Origin: Candidatus Micrarchaeota archaeon RBG_16_49_10
Lineage (GTDB): Archaea > Aenigmatarchaeota > Aenigmatarchaeia > CG10238-14
DNA length: 64,000 bases
Direction: 5' to 3'
NCBI GenBank assembly: GCA_001784635.1
Contig: MFRS01000003.1
Span: forward strand, 30,777 to 94,776
Shown here: piece after piece, positions 10,441-21,391 of the stretch
Layout of the letters: each line of letters begins with the position of its first letter
Numbering within the stretch: the first letter of the stretch is position 1
Notes under the pieces: model-generated
Told to the model about the DNA's origin: nothing
Databases searched by the model: none
What the model saw: the letters and a program-made list of their open reading frames with translations, nothing else
Program-made: the position numbers and the translations under genes

Positions 10441-12889
10441 TTATACCACCTTTCTGTATCTTCGATGGGTCCAAGCCATCTTCGCCAGGAATAAACTGTA
10501 TTATCTTTTTTGACGAGTCCCTGACGGTCCCGTCATATTCTACTTTAAGGTCTTTCAAGGCCCCGATAAGCCTTCTCTCGAGGTAACCGCTGTGCCTTGT
10601 CTTGAGGGACTTGTCCATCAGGCCCTCCCTACTGTTCATCGCGTCGAAGAAGAATTCGAACGGGGAAAGCCCCTGCTTGTAGCCATTGGTGACAAAGCCC
10701 TTTGACTCCAGGCTTATGTCGCCTTTCTTAAAGTGAGAGAAAGTCCTGTTGTGATACCCTATGTAGATTCTCTCTCCCTTGACTGTCTCCTGTCCGATAA
10801 GGCGGGCGGCTTGCACTATGTTTATGATGCTGCCCCTAGCCCCACTTTTCGCCATCAGCACAATGCTCGTCTCTGGGATGTCCTTTTTGACTATGCTTGT
10901 GACTTCATTCAAAATGTCGGCCAGCATGTTTTTTATTGAAAGCTCTAACGAATCCCTGGTTGTCCTCCCGATTATCGCCTTTATTTTGCCTTTGTTGAAG
11001 TCTTCTATCATCTTGTCCACGTTCCTCTCGGTTTTTTTGATGACCTCTCTCACCTTTTTGTCTATCTCAGGTGACAAGTCCAAATCCGCTATGGATATGC
11101 TGAAGCCATATCTGGTTAAGACTTCAAGTGAAATCCTGGTTATATCGAACATGAATCTCTTTGCGAAGCTGTGGCCGTACTGCTTGTCCAGCTCGTCCAG
11201 CAGCTTCCCCTTGAAGGCACCCATGCCTTTAGATCCTATAGACCCTGCAACCAAATTACCGTTTTTAATCACGACTGTGTCGCTTTTGTCCTTGTACTCT
11301 AAGGATAAGTCCTTGGGCAGGAAAAGGCTGAAAAGTTCTTTGCCGTTGAAGGTCTTCTTTTCAGGTATTTCGATTTCAAAGTTGCAGAATCTGACTATAT
11401 CCACAACGTCCTCCCTTGAAATCTTGATTTTGTTGCCTGTCAGCAAGAATAAACCGGCTATATGATCCTTTGTAGCTCCTATAATCGGTCCGCTGAATCT
11501 CGGGCTTCTTATCTGCAGAGTGGCGTTGGCCAACAGCTTTGTCTCCACCTGGGCCTCTATGGTCTGGGGGGCGTGCAAATTCATCTCGTCCCCGTCGAAG
11601 TCCGCGTTGTAGGGCGGGCAGTTCAGGGTGTTGAGCCTGAATGTCTTGTATGGCAGAACCCTCACCCTATGGCCCATCATCCCCATCCTGTGGAGCGTGG
11701 GTTGCCTATTGAAGATGGTCCAATCCCCATCCTGCAACTGCCTCTCTGCTATATAGCCGACTTCAAGCTTTTCGGCAATCTCTTCCTTGTTCATTTCGGT
11801 TATCTTCTTTTTGGCGCCGTCTGACCTCAGGATATAGTTGACAGTAGGCCAGCTCGGGTAGTTCAATATCAGTTTTTTGATATGCCCTATATTCTTATCG
11901 TTCAAGACAACTGGTATGGTTATCTCTTGGGCTATAGAAAGCGGGACTCCAACCTCATCTATGTCCAGCATAGTGTCGGGGCTTATGACTGTCCTGGCCG
12001 AATAGTTGACCCTCTTCCCCAAAAGGTTGTGCCTAAACCTCCCGTCCTTCCCCTTAAGCCTCTGTGTCAAAGTCTTCAAAATCCTGCCAGACCTGTGTCT
12101 GGCCGGCGGGACTCCCGAAATTTCGTTGTTTATGTAAGTGGCAACGTGGTATTGGAGAAGCTCCCACAAATCCTGGATTATGAACTCGGGGGCGCCCAGG
12201 TCTATGTTCTCCTTCAGCCGCTTGTTTATCCTTACTATGTCGACCAGCTTGTGCGTCAAGTCGTCCTCTGACCTCTCGCCTGTCTCAAGGGTGATTGATG
12301 GCCTCATTGTAACAGGAGGGACCGGCAGGAGGGAAATCACAAAATTCTCAGGCCTGACCTCCTTGAATCCTAGGGTAGTTAAATCTTCAGTCTTTATCTT
12401 TTCCAGCCTCTCCCTTACCTCCGCCGCTGATAGGATTGCGCTCCCTTCCGTGAAGGTCGTGGGTTTTATGAACTTTATTTTCTTCTGTCTTTCGCCGCAA
12501 TAGGGGCATTTAGTTTTAATGAGATTCCTTAGGACCTTGAGGGACTTTCTCCCTTTGTTGAACTTTTCAAGCCCGGCCTCATCCAGAAGTATTCTGTCGC
12601 AGCTTCTGCATATCAGCTTCAGGATGTTGTAGATGAGTTTAGCGTAATTCACGTTGATAACGGGCCTTGTCAAGTCCAAATGTCCAAAATGCCCCTTGCA
12701 ATCCCCGGTAGACCCTCCGCATGTCCTGCAACGTAGACCGGGGTCTATAATGCCTAGCCTTGGGTCCATGAGGCCACCCTCTATCGGGTAACCTTCCTGG
12801 TCGTAAAGGTCTGTCTTGTTTATTTTCGCGACTGACATTTTCCTTATAATTTCAGGGTCCAAGACGCCAAACACAACTTTGTCTATCAT
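10412..12889 (-). CDS. rpoA1: DNA-directed RNA polymerase subunit A'
   Basis: Contains the [10 protein letters not shown] catalytic loop and N-terminal zinc-binding cysteines. Confidence 0.95.
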   Translation of the reverse strand: MIDKVVFGVLDPEIIRKMSVAKINKTDLYDQEGYPIEGGLMDPRLGIIDPGLRCRTCGGSTGDCKGHFGHLDLTRPVINVNYAKLIYNILKLICRSCDRILLDEAGLEKFNKGRKSLKVLRNLIKTKCPYCGERQKKIKFIKPTTFTEGSAILSAAEVRERLEKIKTEDLTTLGFKEVRPENFVISLLPVPPVTMRPSITLETGERSEDDLTHKLVDIVRINKRLKENIDLGAPEFIIQDLWELLQYHVATYINNEISGVPPARHRSGRILKTLTQRLKGKDGRFRHNLLGKRVNYSARTVISPDTMLDIDEVGVPLSIAQEITIPVVLNDKNIGHIKKLILNYPSWPTVNYILRSDGAKKKITEMNKEEIAEKLEVGYIAERQLQDGDWTIFNRQPTLHRMGMMGHRVRVLPYKTFRLNTLNCPPYNADFDGDEMNLHAPQTIEAQVETKLLANATLQIRSPRFSGPIIGATKDHIAGLFLLTGNKIKISREDVVDIVRFCNFEIEIPEKKTFNGKELFSLFLPKDLSLEYKDKSDTVVIKNGNLVAGSIGSKGMGAFKGKLLDELDKQYGHSFAKRFMFDITRISLEVLTRYGFSISIADLDLSPEIDKKVREVIKKTERNVDKMIEDFNKGKIKAIIGRTTRDSLELSIKNMLADILNEVTSIVKKDIPETSIVLMAKSGARGSIINIVQAARLIGQETVKGERIYIGYHNRTFSHFKKGDISLESKGFVTNGYKQGLSPFEFFFDAMNSREGLMDKSLKTRHSGYLERRLIGALKDLKVEYDGTVRDSSKKIIQFIPGEDGLDPSKIQKGGINVAKIAERI

Positions 12890-12893
12890 GACA

Positions 12894-14690
12894 TCACTCC
12901 TCCTTTACGACAATCTTGGGGTAGATTAGCATACTCTTGAGCTCGTCCAGCAAAAGCTTGAAGGCATAGGATATTTCTACCGGCGTAGCCTTTGAGTCGC
13001 CACAAACAGCGCAATATACCTTGTTCTTTGCCCTGTCCTCGACGCTGAAAAGGCCGCAAGTCTTACAGACGAATAATTTGGCCCTGTCTGAATCCAGCCT
13101 CTCCTTCAAAAGAAGCGAAGAGCCATGCGCTATCAAAGCGTCCTTCTCCATCTCACCGAGCCTAAGGCCTCCCCTTTTGGCCTTTCCCTCGGTTGGTTGT
13201 TTTGTAAGAAGTGTGGTCGGTCCCCTCGACCTGGCATGTATCTTGTTTGACACTAGATGGTCCAGTTTTTGGTAGAAGACGCTACCTATGAAAATCCTTT
13301 CTTGGAATTTAGTGCCTGTCTCCCCAACATAAAGATTCTCCCTTCCATCATCGCTGAATCCGAAGCTTTTTAGTTTTTCTCTCAGCTCGCTTTCCGGAAT
13401 GGAATGGAAAGGCGGTGAAATGATACTTTTGCCTTCCAAAGAAGCCATTTTTGCGGCGATTATCTCCAACAGCTTCCCCATAGTCATTCTGGAAGGTATA
13501 CCTAGTGGGTTGAACAGCAAGTCTGGTATTATGCCGTCTTTCGTGAAAGGCATGTCCTCTTGAGGGACAATAAGTCCGATTACCCCTTTTTGACCGTGCC
13601 TGCTGGCCACCTTGTCCCCGAGCTCTGGTCTTTTGAGGTCTCTAATCACGAGCTTTATCAATTTATTGCCGTCGTTGCTTTCTGTCAAAAAAACCCTGTC
13701 CACAATACCGTTTTCGCCGTGTCTCAGCTTGATGGAAGTCTCTCTGACATTCTCTAACCCGGTTATGAATTGGTCCAGGCTACCGAGGAACCTCAATGGG
13801 GAAGTCTTCCCTATTATTATCTGCTCCGATGTCACTTCCGTTTCTGGGTCGGCTATGCCGTCCTCGGAAAGGTGCTTGTAAACGTCTTCGCCTCCATATC
13901 CCCTGACCCCAGGCTCGGGAATTCCAATCACATCCTCCTGGCCGCCCATGTACCTCTTTTCCTCTGTCTCGTATGTCCTGAACAGGTAGCTCCAGAAAAG
14001 GCCCCTCTCTATTGAAGCCTTGTTTATTATGACGCCGTCCTCCATGTTGAAGCCTTTGTAAGACATTATGCCTATTATCAAGTTCTGGCCGCCCGGATGG
14101 TCCTCTGTGTTTATGATGTCATGCATGTGGGTTTTGACTATTGGGGCTTGAGGGTAAACCATTATGTTGGACTTCGTGTCGACCCTTCTAAGGAAATTCA
14201 GCAGGAAAAGCCCTATGGACTGCCCAACCATCTTTGAGCCGAAATTGACCCTGTCACCACGATTGAACTCCGGGAAAGGTATCAATGAAGTTGAAATCCC
14301 CAAAATCACCGTAGGGTCCAGCTCAAGGTGCGTATGCTCCTTCGTTATGTCGGCAGGCCTCAATGCAACGTATGCGTTCTCCTCCTCTTCCGCATCGAGG
14401 TATTCTATAACGCCTTCCCTTATCAAATCGGACCATTTTTTCACGCCTTTTTCTATGTCCTCCATGTGCTTGCTTGTGAGCTTCGGTGTTCCGTTCTCCA
14501 CTATTATCAATGGTCTCCTTGCCCTTCCCCCATTGGTGTTTATGAACATGGTGTCCTGATGCGTCAGGTAAGAGAAGTTCACTTGGTCTGGGATTTTGTT
14601 GCTTCTTCGCAACTCCCTCAATTTCTCTACCAAAGACTCGGCGTTCTTCGTCTCGCCGACGAACCGACCATCCATGAAAACCTCAGTCAT
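12894..14690 (-). CDS. rpoB1: DNA-directed RNA polymerase subunit B' (C-terminal half of the split Rpb2 homologue)
   Basis: Rpb2 C-terminal domains, including the zinc ribbon CKTCG...CAVCG. It follows rpoB'' in the canonical split-B order. Confidence 0.95.
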   Translation of the reverse strand: MTEVFMDGRFVGETKNAESLVEKLRELRRSNKIPDQVNFSYLTHQDTMFINTNGGRARRPLIIVENGTPKLTSKHMEDIEKGVKKWSDLIREGVIEYLDAEEEENAYVALRPADITKEHTHLELDPTVILGISTSLIPFPEFNRGDRVNFGSKMVGQSIGLFLLNFLRRVDTKSNIMVYPQAPIVKTHMHDIINTEDHPGGQNLIIGIMSYKGFNMEDGVIINKASIERGLFWSYLFRTYETEEKRYMGGQEDVIGIPEPGVRGYGGEDVYKHLSEDGIADPETEVTSEQIIIGKTSPLRFLGSLDQFITGLENVRETSIKLRHGENGIVDRVFLTESNDGNKLIKLVIRDLKRPELGDKVASRHGQKGVIGLIVPQEDMPFTKDGIIPDLLFNPLGIPSRMTMGKLLEIIAAKMASLEGKSIISPPFHSIPESELREKLKSFGFSDDGRENLYVGETGTKFQERIFIGSVFYQKLDHLVSNKIHARSRGPTTLLTKQPTEGKAKRGGLRLGEMEKDALIAHGSSLLLKERLDSDRAKLFVCKTCGLFSVEDRAKNKVYCAVCGDSKATPVEISYAFKLLLDELKSMLIYPKIVVKEE

Positions 14691-14694
14691 AGAA

Positions 14695-16176
14695 TCACTC
14701 CAAACCTTTTTTAACCAAGTTAAACAACAGCTTCTCTTCCTTTTCGGAGAGGCCTTTTGTGATATCGGACATCGAGGCCAGGTATTTCCTCAGCCCGATT
14801 GTCGCACCTTCCGGCGTCTGAGATGGGTCTATCCTCCCCCAATGGGTCGGGTGGAGTTCTCTGGCCTTGAAGTGCTCTTGGGTTGATGTCAGGGGTGACA
14901 GAACATTCCTCATATGGGAAACCGATTTTATGTAGCTGTCCCTCTCTAGCCTCTGCGAAACTCCTGTCCTTCCGCCGACCCAAGACCCTATAGCCATCGC
15001 CGAGATGATTTGATTTGTTAAGACGTTTGATTCGACAATGGAAGGTAATGGGGGGAATCTGCCCCTTTTTGTAAGTTTTTGGTAATTGTAATTTATCCTT
15101 GTGATGAGTCCCCATTTGCCAAGAAGTATTGACCTCAAGAGAACCTCAAGCAAGTCGCCGACGAGCTTAAGCCTCTTGTTGGAGTAGTGATCCAAGTCGT
15201 CCTCGGGTATTTTGCCGTCGTGGAATCTTATCAGCTTGTTTACCGCCTTGGAGAGGTATATGGCCTTTTCAAGCCTGTTGACCTTTTCCTGTCCTATGTG
15301 CGGGAGAAGATAGCGGTCGATTATTTTTTCCGCCCTTTCAGACCTGTACTCCTTTTGAGGGATTTTAAGGTGGGAGCCTATTTCCTCCATGGCCTCTTTG
15401 GGGTTTGTGGATCCGGACTCGAAGAGGTTCTGGTAGAATTCCTGCTGGGTCCCCTCGTCAGCCGAAATTGCAGACAATATGTCCTTGTCAGACTCGAGGC
15501 CCAAAGCCCTCAGGAGAATCGTGATGGGTAGTTTGTTTATGTTGGCGAAATTTATCCTGATTATTCCGTCCGTCTTCCTTTCCAATATGTGCCTCTGGAT
15601 GTAGCCGTCCTTTTCCGAATGAATCCTGCACGTCTCGGAGATGTTTGATATGTTCGACTTCTCAACTATAATCCTGTTTGGGGCTATCTCCTCTATCAAT
15701 ACCAAAACCCTTTCGGTGCCGTTTATGATGAAATAACCTCCTGGGTCGTCTGGGTCCTCGCCGTTTTCCATGAGTTCCTTCCTGCTCATGTTCGACAGAG
15801 AGCATATTTTGGATTTCAGCATCACGGGCAAGTCCCCGAAATTAACAAGCATCGTCTCGCTCTCTATTCCGTTCAGGATCGGCGTCATCTCTATGAACAT
15901 GGGTGCCGCATAGGTCAAATTCCTCATCCTTGCCTCCAGCGGGAGGATTTCCCTGACCGAACCGTCGGCCTCTTTGACGGAAGGTGTACCTATCTTGAAT
16001 CTCCCAAGCTTTATTTTGAACTCCCCTATGTCAGGGACCTCGGGTTTTATCTCCTTTATTTGTTTTATTATGTTGGGTATTCTGGTCTCTATAAAATCGT
16101 CGTAGGACTTTATTTGGAAGTCCGCGAACCCCTTTTCCTCAAAGTAAGACTTTAAAAGCAACTTGAAGCTTTCCAT
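14695..16176 (-). CDS. rpoB2: DNA-directed RNA polymerase subunit B'' (N-terminal half of the split Rpb2 homologue)
   Basis: 493 aa covering the Rpb2 N-terminal protrusion and lobe region. It lies immediately downstream of rpoH. Confidence 0.95.
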   Translation of the reverse strand: MESFKLLLKSYFEEKGFADFQIKSYDDFIETRIPNIIKQIKEIKPEVPDIGEFKIKLGRFKIGTPSVKEADGSVREILPLEARMRNLTYAAPMFIEMTPILNGIESETMLVNFGDLPVMLKSKICSLSNMSRKELMENGEDPDDPGGYFIINGTERVLVLIEEIAPNRIIVEKSNISNISETCRIHSEKDGYIQRHILERKTDGIIRINFANINKLPITILLRALGLESDKDILSAISADEGTQQEFYQNLFESGSTNPKEAMEEIGSHLKIPQKEYRSERAEKIIDRYLLPHIGQEKVNRLEKAIYLSKAVNKLIRFHDGKIPEDDLDHYSNKRLKLVGDLLEVLLRSILLGKWGLITRINYNYQKLTKRGRFPPLPSIVESNVLTNQIISAMAIGSWVGGRTGVSQRLERDSYIKSVSHMRNVLSPLTSTQEHFKARELHPTHWGRIDPSQTPEGATIGLRKYLASMSDITKGLSEKEEKLLFNLVKKGLE

Positions 16177-16437
16177 CTACTCCACCACAATCCTATAATA
16201 GACCGTCTCCCCGAAAATAGTACTCTTTTTTGTAATTTCTAACAAATCCCCTTTTTTTGCCTCTATAACCTTGATAACTGGATCCTTCTTGAGTATTCTT
16301 GGGAATTGAGAGTCACTTTTGATCCTGAACCGCTTCTTCACCTCCTCCTTTTCTTCGGGGGAGAGAATCCTGTGTTTTGGCACTAGTTCGTGCTTTGTTA
16401 TGTCTATTTCCTCTGCAGTCAACCTATCACCAACCAC
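16177..16437 (-). CDS. rpoH: DNA-directed RNA polymerase subunit H (Rpb5 homologue). The start is GTG at 16437, or possibly a downstream TTG
   Basis: ITKHELVPKHRILSPEEKEEVKKRF...PVIKVIEAKKGDLLEITKKS aligns with archaeal RpoH. It is the first gene of the RNAP operon. Confidence 0.85.
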   Translation of the reverse strand: MVGDRLTAEEIDITKHELVPKHRILSPEEKEEVKKRFRIKSDSQFPRILKKDPVIKVIEAKKGDLLEITKKSTIFGETVYYRIVVE

Positions 16438-16540
16438 GCCCTGGCCGGGATTTGAACCCGGGTCCCAGGAGATCTGCCATTATTTATTGACCAATAACGA
16501 TGACAGTCCTGGATGATAGACCTGGCTACACTACCAGAGC
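16437..16540 (-). tRNA. tRNA-Asp(GTC) with a 29-nt intron at the canonical 37/38 position (+ strand 16472-16500)
   Basis: Manual fold: acceptor GCTCTGG/CCAGGGC (7 bp, one G-U), anticodon stem CAGGA/TCCTG, loop CUGUCA-intron-C, T-arm CCCGG-TTCAAAT-CCGGG, discriminator G. The D-arm is imperfect. Confidence 0.7.
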
Positions 16541-16893
16541 ACTCACTTGTTATAAAAAAAGAACTAATTGGGTTGGAAGGGCCGATCAATAAATAACCAC
16601 CGTTTTGGAAGGGTGTTGGCAATGTCCTGGTTTTCCCGCCCTAAGGCAGTACACGCCAGATCACTGGAAAGCTTAACTTCTGTGTTCGAATGGGAACAGG
16701 TGTTTCCTTTCCGTTTTGATCGCCAACATAATCTATTATACCGATATTTATTTAAATATTGCCGATACCCCAGTTTTCGCTGTTTAACAATTTAAAATTT
16801 TGGTTTTTTGGAGGAGTTTGTGGTATAAGTTGGTATAGGGGGACCTTCAGAGTTCATTTTAGTCACACTAAATCATCTTCGAAAAAACCAATT

Positions 16894-17118
16894 TTATTGA
16901 TTAGCTGGTTTTAATACACTACCCACTCTAATAGGATATATTTTTTTATCAATTGTTATATACCCAAAATCGAGAGTTGTATCATCATTTAAATCCACAC
17001 TTTCTAAAATTCCAACAATTGGCTTTGAAAATAATCCATCTTCTTGGTAGGTAACTCTAGTACCTAGTGTTAATCTTGTTATATCATAACGGAAAGCCAT
17101 ATTTTCACCTATCTTCAA
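16894..17118 (-). CDS. Hypothetical small protein (74 aa) in an AT-rich spacer between two tRNA genes
   Basis: ORF only, with no recognisable family. Confidence 0.2.
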   Translation of the reverse strand: MKIGENMAFRYDITRLTLGTRVTYQEDGLFSKPIVGILESVDLNDDTTLDFGYITIDKKIYPIRVGSVLKPANQ

Positions 17119-17221
17119 ATCTAGAATGTTAAGCTTTTAAGTCTTTCTACAGTCACCCCAAAGTACATAAGTGCTGCAGGAGGTGGCCTTCAAAAATAAA
17201 CACCACTTAAGAAAAAAAGTA

Positions 17222-17337
17222 TCCCCTCGGCCGGATTTGAACCAGCAACCCCTCGGTTTCTGACAAACACCTGCTGGTGCCAAACACGAAAAAGTGCCTG
17301 ACTACAGCCGAGTGCTCTACCATTGAGCTACAAGGGG
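17222..17337 (-). tRNA. tRNA-Tyr(GTA) with a 44-nt intron at 37/38 (+ strand 17258-17301)
   Basis: Manual fold: C1-G72 acceptor CCCCTTG/CGAGGGG (the archaeal/eukaryal Tyr identity pair), D-arm GCTC-AATGGTA-GAGC, anticodon stem CTCGG/CCGAG with loop CUGUAG-intron-A, T-arm GCTGG-TTCAAAT-CCGGC, discriminator A. Confidence 0.75.
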
Positions 17338-17362
17338 ACACCTATTAAAAATAGCAGAAAGA

Positions 17363-18769
17363 TTATTTAATTTTTCCCTTTATTATGATCGACTTGGATA
17401 TTGAGACCCTTCTTTTTCCAAGCCTGCTTTCATGCATCATTTTAGCCTTTGGTAGCTCCAGATCGCCTATTATTTCGATTGAAGGCTGTATCTTATAGCT
17501 AAGTATCACCTCTTCACCCGGCCTAATTTTTTCAATTTTCCAAAGAAGGTCAATCCCATCCTCCCTTTTCCTTATCTTGGGCTTCAGCGTGTCGAAACCG
17601 CCGATAACCTTGACCACCGAAGGGACGAAATCCTTCGCAAATATGTTTTTGATTGGTTTTTTGCCCCTGTTTTTTATGTGCAGGGATATTGAGACTTCCT
17701 TGTCCCCTGAGAAGAATCCCCTGTGGTTTTTGACCATTATGGGCCTCCTTAGGTATTTGACCAGGAGGGCAAGCAGAATGCAAGCCAGCAGCAAGGCCAC
17801 CAGGAGGGCGAAGAAATTGAGCCTATAGGTTATGGCTGTGGAATCGTTAGGGTTCAAGTTGGTGATCTCCCAATAGTAATAGGCGTTTTTGTCTTTTATC
17901 TCATGGCTTGCCGGTTCTGTGCTAGGGTAGAAGAAGTAGACCATATATTTTGGTATTGAGTCTGTGAAGGTGAGGTTTGAATTTCTCACATTGCCTTGGT
18001 TCTCGATTCTTATGGTTTTTTTGAAGTAGAAAAGTCCCCACTCGCCCGTCACCTCTTTGGATATCTTTATGTGGTTTTTTATCTCAAAGCTTGTTTCATC
18101 CTCGTCCACTATCTTGTTCAAAGAGTCCCTGATTGAGGCCTCGACAGCGTAATTTCCGGCCTCATAGACGTTCTCTATGTCGAAAAAGACTGTCGATGTG
18201 CCGGTGCTTTTAGGTTCCAACTTGAGGACAGTCTCGGATTTTTTGATCAATTTGCCATCTTTTAAAATATCGGTTGTTACGGTAACTTCCAATAGGTTGT
18301 ATCTGTCCAGGTTGGCCACGACCGATTGGATAGACAAGACTTCGCCTGGGAGAAGTGTCTGTTTGTTTAGCTTTATTTCAGTCAGGATTATGTCAGTCCT
18401 TCTTTTCACGTTGAGGTATAAAGGTAGAGACGAGGTTGAGTCTGTCTCGAGTGATTTTGAGGTTATTGTATATACTTTAACCCCTTCTTCCGTTGTTTCT
18501 GGGAGCTCGACGAACAGTGAGACTTTTTTCGTTTCCCCTGGGCCCAAGGTTACCCAATAAGTCTTCAAATCCACCCAATTGTTTGGCCAAATAGAGATCG
18601 AGACCGTATCGCTTTGGAGGCCACTGTTCTTTATCGGTATTTCGATGATGTTCTGCTCCCCAGCATAAACTGCTATCGCCGAATCTGGCAGCACAAGGGT
18701 GACGTCATTTGCAAGAATTGGCGCCAAACAAAAAGTTAAAGATAACAAAACCAGTAGTAGCTTTTTCAT
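17363..18769 (-). CDS. Membrane-anchored protein with a signal peptide, repeated CARDB/DUF11-like extracellular domains, one TM helix and a C-terminal basic domain
   Basis: 468 aa. Signal peptide MKKLLLVLLSLTFCLAPILA. Repeated roughly 100-aa beta-rich modules. TM helix FFALLVALLLACILLALLV. Confidence 0.55.
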   Translation of the reverse strand: MKKLLLVLLSLTFCLAPILANDVTLVLPDSAIAVYAGEQNIIEIPIKNSGLQSDTVSISIWPNNWVDLKTYWVTLGPGETKKVSLFVELPETTEEGVKVYTITSKSLETDSTSSLPLYLNVKRRTDIILTEIKLNKQTLLPGEVLSIQSVVANLDRYNLLEVTVTTDILKDGKLIKKSETVLKLEPKSTGTSTVFFDIENVYEAGNYAVEASIRDSLNKIVDEDETSFEIKNHIKISKEVTGEWGLFYFKKTIRIENQGNVRNSNLTFTDSIPKYMVYFFYPSTEPASHEIKDKNAYYYWEITNLNPNDSTAITYRLNFFALLVALLLACILLALLVKYLRRPIMVKNHRGFFSGDKEVSISLHIKNRGKKPIKNIFAKDFVPSVVKVIGGFDTLKPKIRKREDGIDLLWKIEKIRPGEEVILSYKIQPSIEIIGDLELPKAKMMHESRLGKRRVSISKSIIIKGKIK

Positions 18770-18813
18770 AAGAAAGGCACCTATATTTATTTCTTTTTTG
18801 TAATTTAAATTTT

Positions 18814-19560
18814 CTATCTGGTTAGCTTTCTAAAAAAGTCTAGGAATCCTTTTTTCTTGGGTTTTTCCGTGCCTTTTTTTTCTGTTTCAGAGGCTTTAGA
18901 AGCTTCCTTTTCGCTAGCCTGAGATATCTTCTCGTCAATTTTTTCTTTTGCTTTGATTAGGGTCTGATCCAGAGGTTCATAAGAGAGCCTGTGCTTCCTC
19001 TGATATGGCAGTATCCACTTAGGTTTCTCGCCGTACCTCTCGGCCCATGTGATCTTGTCCATGGCTATCCTTCCTGGGTTTTCTGGGATTTCATAGGGCA
19101 CTGTTTCTCCTATCGTCAAAATTACGACTGGTTTTATATCATCGTCTGTTATCCCCAAAACCCCTTTGAGTCTCAGCTCATCAAAGGCCCCTACCCAGCA
19201 AGCTCCAAGGCCCAACGCATGCGCGGCCAAAAGCATGTTCTCTGTGCAGGCGGCGGTGTCCTGGATGCAGTATAACTCTCTGCCCCTGTCGCCATATTTG
19301 GAGCTGAATCTTTTCTTATTGGCCAGAACAACTATCAGGGTCGAAGCTTTTTTGATATGCTCTTGCTGCAATGAGACGTTGTATACTTCCTCCTTGACTT
19401 TCTTGTCGCTAACTATGATGAACTCCCATGGTTGTGTATTGCCTGCAGAAGGGGCGTCAAGCCCGGCATCTATTATTTGAACAATCTTTTCAACAGGTAC
19501 GGACTCTTTGCCGTACGCTCTTACAGAACGCCTTCCTTGGATACACTCAAAAACATCCAT
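18814..19560 (-). CDS. Nitroreductase-family (NADH oxidase/flavin reductase-like) protein with a lysine/glutamate-rich C-terminal tail
   Basis: RRSVRAY...QPWEFIIV nitroreductase signature. The start was chosen at internal ATG 19560 (MDVFECIQGRRS...). The ORF-track start at 19647 would overlap the divergent lig promoter. Confidence 0.75.
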   Translation of the reverse strand: MDVFECIQGRRSVRAYGKESVPVEKIVQIIDAGLDAPSAGNTQPWEFIIVSDKKVKEEVYNVSLQQEHIKKASTLIVVLANKKRFSSKYGDRGRELYCIQDTAACTENMLLAAHALGLGACWVGAFDELRLKGVLGITDDDIKPVVILTIGETVPYEIPENPGRIAMDKITWAERYGEKPKWILPYQRKHRLSYEPLDQTLIKAKEKIDEKISQASEKEASKASETEKKGTEKPKKKGFLDFFRKLTR

Positions 19561-19611
19561 GATTAAGTATTGTGTGTATGAAATATTAACTTTTAGGACA
19601 AAGATATTCTT

Positions 19612-21282
19612 ATGAGGTACATTGAGCTTGTCAAGACTTACACACAACTTGAGAAGGAACCCGGAAAGCTGAAAAAAGTGGAAATTTTATCCGAACTGTT
19701 CTCTAAGACTCCGGAGGAGGTCCTGGAAAAGGTTGTCACTCTGTCAATGGGGAGGGTTTTCCCCGCGTATTCCGACAAAAAGACCGGCGTAGCAACCCAG
19801 ATGATGATTAAGATTATATCTAAGACGACTGGGCTGTCGGAAAAGGATGTGGTCAATAAGCTGAAAAATCTTGGGGACTTGGGGATAGTCGCTGAGAAGT
19901 GCATGGAAGCTAAAAGACAAGCGTCTTTATTCACCAGGAATCTTACTGTAGATGATGTCGTAACTAATGTTGAAAAGCTGTCCGATTTGGTCGGAAAAGG
20001 TTCCCAGGAGAAAAAAATAGGCTTAATATCCAATTTGCTGTCCTCTTCAAAGCCAGAAGAGGCAAAATATCTCATAAAAACCGTTATTGAGACTTTTAGA
20101 ATCGGGGTGGCGGAAGGGATTGTCAGGGACGCCATAGCAAAGTCTTTCGGTGTGAATCCTACACTTGTGGAAAATGCATGGTTCTTGAGGCCTAATTACG
20201 GGGAAATAGCTGTCGTAGCCAAAAAAGGAGGCAATGAAGCCCTAGAAAGGATTGAGATGGAGCCTGGGAAGCCGATAGTGGTTATGCTGGGGGAAAAAGA
20301 ACCGAGCATCGAGGAGGCGATAGACAAATATGAGGATGCCGGTGCTGAATGGAAGTTCGATGGGGTGAGGCTTCAAATCCACAAGAAAGACGGTAAAATC
20401 TGGCTCTTCACTAGGAGACTGGAAAATGTCACTGGCCAGTTCCCGGAGATAGCTGAATACGCCAAATCCCTGAACGCGAAAAGTTGCATAATTGAAGGGG
20501 AATGTATAGCAACCGATAAAGAAGGCAACCCCTTGCCCTTCCAGAAGCTCTCGAGGAGGGTTCAAAGAAAGTATGACATAAAGGAGATGACAAGGAAAGT
20601 CCCTGTGAGGGTGTACCTTTTTGACATAGTCTACCTCAACTCAAAACCATTGATGGGGGAGATTTTCTCAAAAAGGCGCGAGAAGCTTGAGAAGGTTGTC
20701 AAACCAATTCCAAAGAAGTTCGAAATCGTGGAACAGCTGAGAACGAAGGATTTGAAAAAGGTAAGGGAATTCTACAAGAAATCCCTTGAAAGCAAACAAG
20801 AGGGTTTGATGATAAAAAATATGGCTGCGAAATACCAGCCCGGCAGAAGGGTCGGGTCATGGATAAAAATAAAACCGGTGTTGGAGCCGCTGGATCTGGT
20901 TATAACTGGGGCTGAGTGGGGAAAAGGTAAGAGATCTAAATGGTTAAGCTCGGTAGAGCTGTCGTGTAGGGATGCCGACTCCGGGGAGTTCCTAGAATGT
21001 GGAAAACTCGGGACTGGGTTGACTGACGAGCAGTTCGGAGATCTGACAAGGAAACTGAAAAAACTCATAGTAAAAGAGGACGGTGTGAATGTCAAGGTCA
21101 AGCCGGAGATAGTGGTGGAGGTAGGCTACGAGGAGATACAGAAATCCCCGAAATATGGGTCGGGCTTCGCTCTGAGGTTCCCACGACTCTTGAGGTTCAG
21201 GGAATCCGACAAAAAAGCAGTGGATGCTGACACTTTAGAAAGGGTTGAGAGTATCTTCAAACAGCAATTTTCAGATGTTTGA
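19612..21282 (+). CDS. lig: ATP-dependent DNA ligase (archaeal Lig)
   Basis: Adenylation motif EWKFDGVRLQ (K is the active-site lysine), plus OB and DNA-binding domains. At 556 aa the length is typical. Confidence 0.9.
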   Translation: MRYIELVKTYTQLEKEPGKLKKVEILSELFSKTPEEVLEKVVTLSMGRVFPAYSDKKTGVATQMMIKIISKTTGLSEKDVVNKLKNLGDLGIVAEKCMEAKRQASLFTRNLTVDDVVTNVEKLSDLVGKGSQEKKIGLISNLLSSSKPEEAKYLIKTVIETFRIGVAEGIVRDAIAKSFGVNPTLVENAWFLRPNYGEIAVVAKKGGNEALERIEMEPGKPIVVMLGEKEPSIEEAIDKYEDAGAEWKFDGVRLQIHKKDGKIWLFTRRLENVTGQFPEIAEYAKSLNAKSCIIEGECIATDKEGNPLPFQKLSRRVQRKYDIKEMTRKVPVRVYLFDIVYLNSKPLMGEIFSKRREKLEKVVKPIPKKFEIVEQLRTKDLKKVREFYKKSLESKQEGLMIKNMAAKYQPGRRVGSWIKIKPVLEPLDLVITGAEWGKGKRSKWLSSVELSCRDADSGEFLECGKLGTGLTDEQFGDLTRKLKKLIVKEDGVNVKVKPEIVVEVGYEEIQKSPKYGSGFALRFPRLLRFRESDKKAVDADTLERVESIFKQQFSDV

Positions 21283-21391
21283 CGCTAAAATAGGCTCTTT
21301 CATTGTAGAAAGAAATTTGTGATGAGAATTTAAGTAAACAAATAAATTCTTAAATAAACAATCACTATTAAGTAATAAGGGGGGTAATTGG

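Noticed and set aside
16419-16622. 67-aa minus-strand ORF overlapping tRNA-Asp
   Set aside because: It is fully explained by the tRNA gene and its upstream promoter region, and its translation has no family resemblance.
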